DNA from: Dehalococcoidia bacterium
Lineage (GTDB): Bacteria; Chloroflexota; Dehalococcoidia; GIF9; UBA5629
Assembly: GCA_034435835.1 (NCBI GenBank)
Contig: DAOTWF010000030.1
Coordinates: 69,069 to 133,068 of the forward strand
Reading direction: 5' to 3'
DNA length: 64,000 bases
This document shows, one piece after another, positions 17,111 to 25,118 of this stretch. Position 1 is the first letter of the stretch; the number at the start of each line of letters is the position of its first letter. The notes under the pieces are model-generated. The model worked only from the letters and a program-made list of their open reading frames with translations. It was not told the DNA's origin and made no database searches. The position numbers were made by a program, and so were the translations under genes.

Positions 17111-18267
17111 TGCAGCAGAAATATGTCAGCCAGATACACAGATGCTTCCGCTGCGGTTACTGCAAGTTCCCCACCGACTACTCCTCGTTCAACTGCCCCC
17201 CATACTGTAAGTTCAGGTTCGAGACCTATTCCACCGGCGGCCGTCTGTGGCTGATCTACGCCTGGCTGAAGGGCGAGATCGAGTGGTCGGAGCACCTTGC
17301 AGAAATACTATACACCTGCACCACTTGCAGAAACTGTGCCGAGCAGTGCCCCATGAAGTTCGCCCCCGATATCATCGACTGGATAATCGGAGCCAGGAGT
17401 GACATGGTGGAGAAGGGCAGGATCCCACCGAGGGTGGCACGCTTTTTTGAAGCCGTGCAGGGGTACGGCAACCCGTTCAAGCTGCTAAGGGGCGATAGAG
17501 CTAGCTGGACTAACGGGACGAAGTCATATTCCCCCGGCGACGAATTTCTGTTGTACATCGGATGTCTGGGCTCATACGACGAAAACGGACAGAAGATGGC
17601 AAAAAGCCTGGCTAGCGTACTTGAGGCGTCGGGGGTGTCCTTTGGTATCTTGGGCAACGACGAGGAGTGCTGCGGCAACGAGGTCTACATGCTCGGCGAG
17701 ATGGGGCTCTTCCAGAACATTGCCGCGAGGAACATCCAGAAATTCAAGGAGCTCGGCGTAAGGAAGATAGTCACACTTTGCCCCCACGGCTACAATGCCT
17801 TGAAGAACAATTACCCCAAACTGGGTGGGGAGTTCGAGGTATATCACTATACCGAATTGCTGGCAGAACTGATCAGACAGAAAAAGCTGAAGCTTCGCCA
17901 AATCAGGACAAAAATCACCTATCAGGATCCCTGCTTTCTGGGCCGCTACAACAACATCTACGATGAGCCGCGCCTGGTGCTGCAGAGCATCCCCGGTGTC
18001 GAGCTGGTGGAGATGGAACGCAGTAGAAAGGATGCCTTCTGCTGCGGCGGTGGCAGCGGCAACTTCGTCATGGACCTGCTAGCAGGCGATGAAAACAGCC
18101 CGGCACGGGTCAGGGGAAAGGAGGCTTATGCCACTGGCGCCGAGGTGCTTGCAGTCGCCTGCCCAGGCTGCATGACCATGCTTAACGACGCGGTGAAGGC
18201 AGAAAACCTGGAAATAAAGCTGACCGTCAAGGATGTTTCACAGCTCTTGGCGGAATCGCTATCTTGA
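17107..18267 (+). CDS. GlcF/HdrD-like Fe-S subunit with two CCG domains
   Basis: 386 aa. An ATGA overlap joins it to the FAD oxidase. Motifs: CFRCGYCKF...CPP, CTTCRNCAEQCP, two CCG boxes (EECCGNE, FCCGGGSG) and ACPGCMTM. Confidence 0.75.
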   Translation: MMQQKYVSQIHRCFRCGYCKFPTDYSSFNCPPYCKFRFETYSTGGRLWLIYAWLKGEIEWSEHLAEILYTCTTCRNCAEQCPMKFAPDIIDWIIGARSDMVEKGRIPPRVARFFEAVQGYGNPFKLLRGDRASWTNGTKSYSPGDEFLLYIGCLGSYDENGQKMAKSLASVLEASGVSFGILGNDEECCGNEVYMLGEMGLFQNIAARNIQKFKELGVRKIVTLCPHGYNALKNNYPKLGGEFEVYHYTELLAELIRQKKLKLRQIRTKITYQDPCFLGRYNNIYDEPRLVLQSIPGVELVEMERSRKDAFCCGGGSGNFVMDLLAGDENSPARVRGKEAYATGAEVLAVACPGCMTMLNDAVKAENLEIKLTVKDVSQLLAESLS

Positions 18268-18300
18268 AATCTTCTGATTTGAGCCTTAAGGAGGACAGCG

Positions 18301-20688
18301 ATGACAACCAGGCAAGCCGTCACGGTTGATTCGCCGCTGGGAAAGGCGGAGCCGGACAGCACGGGGGCACCTGTCACAGTAGTATGCCTTGACCCGCTGC
18401 AAGCCTACGTAGGGGTTCCCGATCTGCTCAAAAAGGTTATCGATGAGTCAAGCGCCGAAGCCTGGCAGAAGATAAGGGAAAGGATAGACTACATCTACAA
18501 TAACCTGGCTTTGGCTCTAAGCCTTCTGGACAGGGTGACCAACTTCAGCCGGACGGTGAAATCGGAGGTCGCGACTGGCAAGAAGCTACTTTTCAAACCA
18601 AACCTGGTGGCGCCTACAAGCCTCGACCCTATAACACACGGTGAGGGACCAGGCGACAGCGCCTGCACCAACTGGACGTTTATCGCAGCCCTGATGCGCT
18701 GGTTCCATGACGTCCTGGAAATCGATTACTTTAACATGATGCTCGGCGAAGCTGCCAGCGCCGCTGCCATGAACGCAGGCTACTACACCCACGCCTTCGG
18801 CAAAGGCAGGAGGATCACCACTGAAGCTGTAATAGAGGGGCGCAGCGGCGACTTCTACGGCGGCTGGGGCTTCTACTTCGTGAGGAAGTACCTCGCCGAG
18901 AGCCATCCGTCATCCCATGAGGATGACCCCCTGAACGGCTACGAAGAAAGCGTCGCCGGCAAATACCTACCTCCTGGCAGAGCGGGTAACTGCTTGATGG
19001 TCTATGACCTCAACCGTACCCACGACATAAAAGGCAAAGCTCGGACTGTGCCGGTACCCAATGGCGCCAACTTTAAAGAAATAACCCTGCACAAAATCAT
19101 CGTGGGCGGCAACCCCTCCGACCCCGCAGACCTTAAAAACTATCCCGGCTGTGTCCTCATCAACGCACCACGCCTTAAAATCCACGCTATAGACCTGATA
19201 ACCAACGCCATCAAAAACCTGGGCATAGGCCTGTACCCACAGGAAGCCGCCAAGGACGGGATGGGTGGCACTAAATGGAAGTACGCCTACCCCTACAAGC
19301 CGGGACCAGGGATGAAGACCGAACTGCCCCATCAGGTCTGGGTGCCCAAACTGGACGAGAGCACCGGATTACCGCTGAAAGACAAGGGCGGTAAATATAT
19401 CGTCACCAGAACAGCCGGTATGTCCGGCACGCAGGCAGATATCGTCACGACAGTAAAGAGCCAGGGTATCTTCATGCTCCATGTCGTTGATGCCATTCAG
19501 GCGGTGAACATAGACCACCAGGGCATTGGCTTGGGAGCCAAAGTAAACGAGGGGCTTATCCTGGCATCCCTCGACCCGGTAGCCCTGGACCTGTGTTGTG
19601 CCCGCTACATGTTCAAGACCATCCCCATGGCTGAGGCAAGAAAAATTGCCCGCAAGAACGACCTTGCCACCGACTTCCTGCAACGCGTGCCCATAGCCAG
19701 GGTCGAGGGTCAGGACATCGTCATCGAACAGGGCTTCGATTCCCCTCTGCTGCGCTATAACCTGTATAAATACGCCGAAGCCAGAGGGCTGGGCTCACAA
19801 AAATACCACGTTATCGGCTGGGACACCACCGCACAAATACCCGTGTCATCGCTCTGGGGACATCTCGGGCAGGTGGCAGGTGGGGAATTCCGCGAGCTGA
19901 TGACCGGCGAGTTCTACTACAGTCCCGGAAAGCTGCTCTGGGACTGCCAGCGTACCGTGCTCAGTTATCTGGAAGCCAACGACAGGCTCACCGGTTCAAC
20001 CTATTACCGGGAGGTGATGTCCGAATTTGACGAGGATAAAGACGGGGTTATCGGCTATGATGAGAAAGGTCGGAACGGGCTATGGCAGACGATCCTGCGG
20101 CTGGCTTCCCGCGGCATGCAGGTAACCGGAGCGGAAAAATACGGCTTCCTGCACGGCTCCTTCCTTATCACCGCACTGCGCCTCAAATACCTCAACGCCC
20201 AATGGAACCCCGACGGCTATGATTTCGGTAAGTCATACCCCGTACTGCAGGCGGTAGCCATTGGCCTCACCATGTCGCGCACACCTGTGGAGGGCAAAGA
20301 CCCCCTCTTCCCCTCGATGACTTGGGGAAAGGGCAAGCTCCCCAGCCTCCAGTTTGCCAGCTATATGTCAACGGCAACCGCAATATATGGCCGCGGCTTT
20401 CCCACCAAGGTCAGCCTGCCCTCGCTCTACGGCTTAGCTTTCCAGTATGCTGATAAGACCCTCAATGGAGCCAGCTACACCGGCAGCCCGGGACCAGCAA
20501 GCGACCGCCGCGCCGTCGACCGGTATATCGAGGCAGTATCCCGGGGGACAAGTCCTCTGGACTTCGTCCTCTACGTCCCACCTGGCTTCGGCAACCTTGG
20601 AGGAAAGCCCGCCCCTAACGTGGAGGAGACAACAGATCCCCACAAAATCTTCACCGTCACCTTCAACAAAGGCAGGGAACGCTGGTAA
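18301..20688 (+). CDS. DUF362-domain protein with a ~350-aa C-terminal region of unknown affiliation
   Basis: 795 aa. DUF362-like signatures as I recall them: KKLLFKPNLVAP, INAPRLKIHAIDLITNAIKNLGIG and VVDAIQAVN...GLILASLDPVALDLCCARYMF, spanning about aa 90-445. I could assign no motif to aa ~450-795. No Cys cluster is evident. Confidence 0.55.
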   Translation: MTTRQAVTVDSPLGKAEPDSTGAPVTVVCLDPLQAYVGVPDLLKKVIDESSAEAWQKIRERIDYIYNNLALALSLLDRVTNFSRTVKSEVATGKKLLFKPNLVAPTSLDPITHGEGPGDSACTNWTFIAALMRWFHDVLEIDYFNMMLGEAASAAAMNAGYYTHAFGKGRRITTEAVIEGRSGDFYGGWGFYFVRKYLAESHPSSHEDDPLNGYEESVAGKYLPPGRAGNCLMVYDLNRTHDIKGKARTVPVPNGANFKEITLHKIIVGGNPSDPADLKNYPGCVLINAPRLKIHAIDLITNAIKNLGIGLYPQEAAKDGMGGTKWKYAYPYKPGPGMKTELPHQVWVPKLDESTGLPLKDKGGKYIVTRTAGMSGTQADIVTTVKSQGIFMLHVVDAIQAVNIDHQGIGLGAKVNEGLILASLDPVALDLCCARYMFKTIPMAEARKIARKNDLATDFLQRVPIARVEGQDIVIEQGFDSPLLRYNLYKYAEARGLGSQKYHVIGWDTTAQIPVSSLWGHLGQVAGGEFRELMTGEFYYSPGKLLWDCQRTVLSYLEANDRLTGSTYYREVMSEFDEDKDGVIGYDEKGRNGLWQTILRLASRGMQVTGAEKYGFLHGSFLITALRLKYLNAQWNPDGYDFGKSYPVLQAVAIGLTMSRTPVEGKDPLFPSMTWGKGKLPSLQFASYMSTATAIYGRGFPTKVSLPSLYGLAFQYADKTLNGASYTGSPGPASDRRAVDRYIEAVSRGTSPLDFVLYVPPGFGNLGGKPAPNVEETTDPHKIFTVTFNKGRERW

Positions 20689-20729
20689 AAGCAAAGCCAG
20701 CATAACGACTGATAGATAAGGAGGCAAAA

Positions 20730-21494
20730 ATGGCAAAAGATGTCGTGCTCTATGAGGTAAAGGATAAAATCGCCTGCATTACACTGAACAACCCGGATAA
20801 CCGCAATAGGCTCGACCCGAATATGTGCCTCGCCCTAGGCGAGGCATGGGATCAGTTCGCCAAGGACGATGACGCCTGGGTGGCGCTGCTCAGCGCCAAC
20901 GGTAAGGACTTCTGCCGTGGCGCCGATCTCAAGCATGAAGGGCTTCTGAAATACCTGCGCCGTGCCTTCCCGCCAAACGGGACCAGGATACTGAAACCGA
21001 TCGTCGGCGCCGTCCACGGCATGGTCGCCGGCAGCGGCTTCGGTCTGGCAACGTACGGCACCGACATCACCTACGCTACCAAAGACACCCAGTTCGTCTT
21101 CGCTGAGGTCTGGGTGGGGATCGTGGGAGGTATAGTGGAGTATGTACCCTACATGCCCTTCAAAATCTCTCTAGAGTTCCTGCTGTCCGGACAGCCGATG
21201 AGCGGCGAGCGGGCTTACGAGGTTGGGCTGGTCAACCACGTTTGCAAGGACAAAGACGAAATGATGACTGAAGCCACCAAAATGGCTAAAATAATCAGCG
21301 AAAACGCGCCGCTCACCATCCGCGCTATCAAATATGGGCAGTACAAGCACAGGGTGGAGGCGCAGAGAAAAGCAATGCGCGCCGCCCGTAAGGAATTCGA
21401 GGTTTTCATAAAGCCACAGCTTGAGAGCGAGGACTTCAAGGAGGGCAGGGCTGCTCTGTTCGAAAATAGAAAACCGGTGTTCAAGGGCAAATAA
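20730..21494 (+). CDS. Enoyl-CoA hydratase/isomerase (crotonase) family protein
   Basis: 254 aa. IACITLNNPDNRNRLD...ALLSANGKDFCRGADLK is the crotonase-fold N-terminal signature. An AAGGAGG RBS is present. Confidence 0.8.
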   Translation: MAKDVVLYEVKDKIACITLNNPDNRNRLDPNMCLALGEAWDQFAKDDDAWVALLSANGKDFCRGADLKHEGLLKYLRRAFPPNGTRILKPIVGAVHGMVAGSGFGLATYGTDITYATKDTQFVFAEVWVGIVGGIVEYVPYMPFKISLEFLLSGQPMSGERAYEVGLVNHVCKDKDEMMTEATKMAKIISENAPLTIRAIKYGQYKHRVEAQRKAMRAARKEFEVFIKPQLESEDFKEGRAALFENRKPVFKGK

Positions 21495-21569
21495 GCCGCT
21501 TAGAATACAGCCAGTATTGACGTCGGCACACCGTGACCAGAGCCGGACTCCAAGTGATGGTGGGGTAAA

Positions 21570-22769
21570 ATGCCACAGGAAAGAACATTACAGGGAATAA
21601 GAGTCCTGGACTTCTCCCGTTACATCGCCGGACCATACTGCTGCATGCTCCTCGCCGATATGGGGGCTGAGGTTATCAGGGTAGAACCGCCCGGAGGTGC
21701 CGAGGACAGGAATCTGGGCCCCTTCAGTCCCGATGGGCAGGCACTGGTCTACGGCTTCATCCTCCAGCGCAACAAGAAGAACATCACCCTGAACTTACGA
21801 AAAGCCGAGGCTGGAGAACTGCTGCAAGGGCTCGTATCAAAGTCGGATGTGCTGGTGCACAATTTCCCGCCGGGCACCGAGGAGGCAAAGATCCTAGACT
21901 ACAGTTCTCTAAGACAGCTAAACCCGGCGCTCATCGAGGCGATAATCACCGGCTTCGGTCAGTATGGACCTTATGCCGAAAGGACCTGTTTCGATTCCAT
22001 CGCCCAGGCGATGTCCGGCGCCATGAGCTACACCGGCTTCCCCGGCAGCCCGCCCACCAGAGCAGGTGTGCAGTACGTTGATTTTTCCACCGGGCTGTCA
22101 GCAGCGCTGGGAATTGCCCTGGCTCTCCTGCACCGACAGAAGACCGGCAAGGGGCAACTGGTGGATGTTTCCCTGTTCGACGTCGCCCTGTCCTTTGTCG
22201 CCGCCGCCGGGGTGGCGGCGGAATACAAACTTCTGGGGGAAATCCGCCCCCGGGTGGGCAACAGCTCCTTCTACGCCTACGCCAATAGCTTCCAGGCAAA
22301 GGACGGCTGGGTGATGATCAACGTGGTGGGCAACAGCGCCTGGCGCCGTTTCTGCCGGGCGCTGGGGAGGGATGACCTTGCCAGCGACCCCAGATTCAAG
22401 GACAACCTCTCCCGCTATCTCAACCGCGAGGAAATCAACTCCATCGTCGCCGGCTGGACAAGAGAGAAAACGGTCGAAGAGGTAACCCGCATCCTCGAAG
22501 CCGCCAGGGTACCCTGCGGACCGATAAGGAACATGGCTGATATCTACCAGGACCCCCAGGTCACCGCCAGGGAGATGCTGGTGGAAATCGAGCAACCGGG
22601 CGCGGGCACAGTCCCGATGCCCGGCATCGCCATAAAGCTTTCCGGGACACCCGGCGGCATAGACTCCCCAGCAGCAAGCCTCGGCGAACACAACCTCGAA
22701 ATCTACTGTCACCTCCTTGGCTTAAGCGACCAGCAACTAGCCGATTACAGGGACAGAGGAGTTATCTAA
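21570..22769 (+). CDS. Family III CoA-transferase (CaiB/BaiF/Frc family)
   Basis: 399 aa. LQGIRVLDFSRYIAGPYCCMLLADMGAEVIRVEPPGG is the family N-terminal signature. VDVSLFD and WRRFCRALGR are also typical. Confidence 0.85.
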   Translation: MPQERTLQGIRVLDFSRYIAGPYCCMLLADMGAEVIRVEPPGGAEDRNLGPFSPDGQALVYGFILQRNKKNITLNLRKAEAGELLQGLVSKSDVLVHNFPPGTEEAKILDYSSLRQLNPALIEAIITGFGQYGPYAERTCFDSIAQAMSGAMSYTGFPGSPPTRAGVQYVDFSTGLSAALGIALALLHRQKTGKGQLVDVSLFDVALSFVAAAGVAAEYKLLGEIRPRVGNSSFYAYANSFQAKDGWVMINVVGNSAWRRFCRALGRDDLASDPRFKDNLSRYLNREEINSIVAGWTREKTVEEVTRILEAARVPCGPIRNMADIYQDPQVTAREMLVEIEQPGAGTVPMPGIAIKLSGTPGGIDSPAASLGEHNLEIYCHLLGLSDQQLADYRDRGVI

Positions 22770-22841
22770 CCCCCACCACGAAGACTGCCCTGAAAACAAA
22801 GGTACCACCAAAGTACCACAGGCATTCAGTCCGACCAGTAC

Positions 22842-22870
22842 TTGACAGCGCAATGATGTGCGCATATGAT
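22842..22870 (+). promoter_or_regulatory. Candidate sigma70-type promoter upstream of the sensor kinase (TTGACA-N17-TATGAT)
   Basis: TTGACAgcgcaatgatgtgcgcaTATGAT lies about 75 nt upstream of the GTG at 22945. Motif match only. Confidence 0.45.
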
Positions 22871-22944
22871 ATGTACGACGAACATTCTTAGCTACGCAAG
22901 CCCGGACTGACAGGGTATAGCAAGGTGGGATGGGAAAGTAAGGG

Positions 22945-24753
22945 GTGAAGAGTAAAACTGGTGTTGCGGGGATACTTCTGGCGGCAAGTCTTCTTCTGCT
23001 CTGTCTGCCATCTCTACACGTTTTCACCTCGACCACAGTTGTATCCGCGGACAGCTCGCTGACAGTGAGGGTCGGCATCTACGAAAACAAGCCCAAGATA
23101 TTCACCGATGAACAGGGTGTCCCCTCCGGCTTCTGGGTGGACATCGTGGAGTATATTGCCTCCCAAGAAGGCTGGAAGATACAGTACGTGCACGGCACCT
23201 GGCAGCAGTGTCTGGAAAGGCTGGAGAACGGTGAGATAGACGTAATGCCAGACGTCGCCTACACTCAGGAAAGAGCCCAAAAATACGAATTTTCCCGTGA
23301 GCCCGTCTACACAAGCTGGTCAACCGTCTACACCCGTCCCGGCTTACGCATAGAGTCCATCCTCGACCTGCAGGGGAAAAATGTGGCCGTCATGAAGGGC
23401 AGCGTTAACTACGAAGGTCCCGAGGGGATAAAGCAACTGGCGAAGTCCTATGGCATCGACTGCACCTTCACCGAAGTTGACAGCTACCAGAAGGTGTTCG
23501 AGCTGGTGGCAAACGGGGATGTCGATGCGGGCGTGGTGAGCAAGGACTTCGGGCACCAGCATGAGACAGAGTACCGTCTGGCAAAGACCGCCATCATCTT
23601 CCAGCCCTCCCTCCTCCACTTCGCTTTTCCCAAAGGTTCCAGCCTCACACCCCACCTCATCGAGAGGATAGACAACCATATGACGGCGCTCAAAAACGAT
23701 GGTAAGTCCTTCTATTACCAGTCGCTAGAAAGGTGGTTTGGGGTGAAGCCGTCCAGCAGAGCGGTTGTCCCCATGTGGCTTATCTGGGGGCTGGTAGCCG
23801 CGGGGGGGGTAGCCTTGCTGCTGGCTGCCGGCAACTTTATTCTCAGGGCACAGGTCGCTGCCAGAACCAGGGAACTGATCGAGGAAATCAGGGAGCGCCG
23901 GCTGGCTGAGGAAAAGCTGGTAAGGTACCGCCAGCACCTGGAAAAACTGGTCGAGACGAGGACCGCCGAGCTTACACAAAAGAACCTGGCACTCGAACAG
24001 GCAAACATCCGTCTTCAGGAAATCGACCGCCTAAAATCGGTGTTCCTCGCCAGCATGAGCCATGAGCTCCGCACCCCACTGAACTCTATAATCGGCTTCA
24101 CCGGCATACTTCTCCAGGGCATGGCTGGGGGGATTAACGATGAACAGCGCAAACAGCTCACCATAATTAAAAGCAGCGCCAGCCACCTGCTGAATTTGAT
24201 TAACGACATCCTCGACATCTCCAAGATAGAGGCGGGCAGGGTTGAGCTGTTCCCCGAGGAAATTAAGCTGGACGACATGGTAAAGGACATAGCCCATACC
24301 TTCTCCCCGATGGTAGACCAGAAAGGATTGCAACTGGTCACAGAAATACCGGAGGGCATATCGCTCGTCACGGATAAACGGCGTCTGAAACAGGCACTGA
24401 TAAACCTGGTGAGCAACGCCGTGAAGTTCACCGAGAGGGGGACGATCAGGCTCTCAGCCACGGTCATCGATGGGGCAAAACTTGAGCTCCGCGTCAGCGA
24501 TACCGGGCCAGGGATAAAGGAGGAGGACATGGCTAAGCTTTTCGAGCCCTTTCAGCAAATCAGTGCCTCGCTGACCAAAAGGCATGATGGGACAGGCCTG
24601 GGACTGTACCTGACCAAGAAACTGGCGAGCCTCCTCGGCGGCGATATCACCGCAAAAAGTCAGTACGGTCAGGGTAGTGAGTTCACCCTTACAATTCCGC
24701 TGCGGTGCACACCAGCAAAGGAGACAAAAAACGAAACGCATACTGGTAGTTGA
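22945..24753 (+). CDS. Sensor histidine kinase with an extracytoplasmic family-3 solute-binding-protein (SBP_bac_3-like) sensor domain
   Basis: 602 aa. It has a signal/TM segment (AGILLAASLLLLCL), a ~230-aa periplasmic-binding-like domain (VGIYENKPKIF...GKNVAVMKGS...), a second TM (VVPMWLIWGLVAAGGVALLLAAG), a coiled coil, the HisKA box SHELRTPLNSIIGF, and HATPase boxes (NLVSNAVKFT, DTGPGI, GTGLGLYL). Confidence 0.85.
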   Translation: MKSKTGVAGILLAASLLLLCLPSLHVFTSTTVVSADSSLTVRVGIYENKPKIFTDEQGVPSGFWVDIVEYIASQEGWKIQYVHGTWQQCLERLENGEIDVMPDVAYTQERAQKYEFSREPVYTSWSTVYTRPGLRIESILDLQGKNVAVMKGSVNYEGPEGIKQLAKSYGIDCTFTEVDSYQKVFELVANGDVDAGVVSKDFGHQHETEYRLAKTAIIFQPSLLHFAFPKGSSLTPHLIERIDNHMTALKNDGKSFYYQSLERWFGVKPSSRAVVPMWLIWGLVAAGGVALLLAAGNFILRAQVAARTRELIEEIRERRLAEEKLVRYRQHLEKLVETRTAELTQKNLALEQANIRLQEIDRLKSVFLASMSHELRTPLNSIIGFTGILLQGMAGGINDEQRKQLTIIKSSASHLLNLINDILDISKIEAGRVELFPEEIKLDDMVKDIAHTFSPMVDQKGLQLVTEIPEGISLVTDKRRLKQALINLVSNAVKFTERGTIRLSATVIDGAKLELRVSDTGPGIKEEDMAKLFEPFQQISASLTKRHDGTGLGLYLTKKLASLLGGDITAKSQYGQGSEFTLTIPLRCTPAKETKNETHTGS

Positions 24754-25096
24754 GGACAACGAAGACAACCTCTACCTCACCAGATTCATACTGGAGAAAA
24801 ACGGCTATCAGGTGATAGAGGCAAAGAATGGTATCCACGGCGTCGAGCTGGCAATAAGTGAGAAGCCAGACCTCATCCTCATGGACATCCAGTTGCCCGA
24901 TATCAACGGCTTAGAGGCGGTGAGGAGAATAAGGGCGCTGGAAATAGACCGTGAGACACCCATAGTGGCACTCACCTCCTACGCCATGCCCGGTGACAGG
25001 GAGAAAGCACTGGCAGCCGGCTGTACTGGCTACATCGAAAAGCCTATAAACCCGGACACCTTTATGGCGGAGATAGAGAAGTTTTTGACACCATGA
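24677..25096 (+). CDS. CheY-like receiver (REC) domain protein. The start is uncertain and it may be the C-terminal REC of the preceding kinase.
   Basis: REC homology begins at KRILVVEDNEDN (~24734), followed by LILMDIQLPDINGLE and GCTGYIEKPI. The only in-frame start is a GTG at 24677, which overlaps the kinase by 77 nt and lacks a properly spaced RBS. An A6 run at 24726..24731 lies at the frame junction. Confidence 0.6.
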   Translation: MSSPLQFRCGAHQQRRQKTKRILVVEDNEDNLYLTRFILEKNGYQVIEAKNGIHGVELAISEKPDLILMDIQLPDINGLEAVRRIRALEIDRETPIVALTSYAMPGDREKALAAGCTGYIEKPINPDTFMAEIEKFLTP

Positions 25097-25118
25097 CCAT
25101 GCCCGGTGGAGGAACAAA

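Noticed and set aside
24724-24732. The A_AAA_AAC heptamer in the kinase frame, considered as a programmed -1 ribosomal frameshift site.
   Set aside because: The REC domain lies in the +1 frame relative to the kinase, not the -1 frame. A -1 slip here leads to CGA AAC GCA TAC TGG TAG, a stop after 5 codons. An indel or a +1 event remains possible and is reported as a finding. Classical -1 PRF does not fit.
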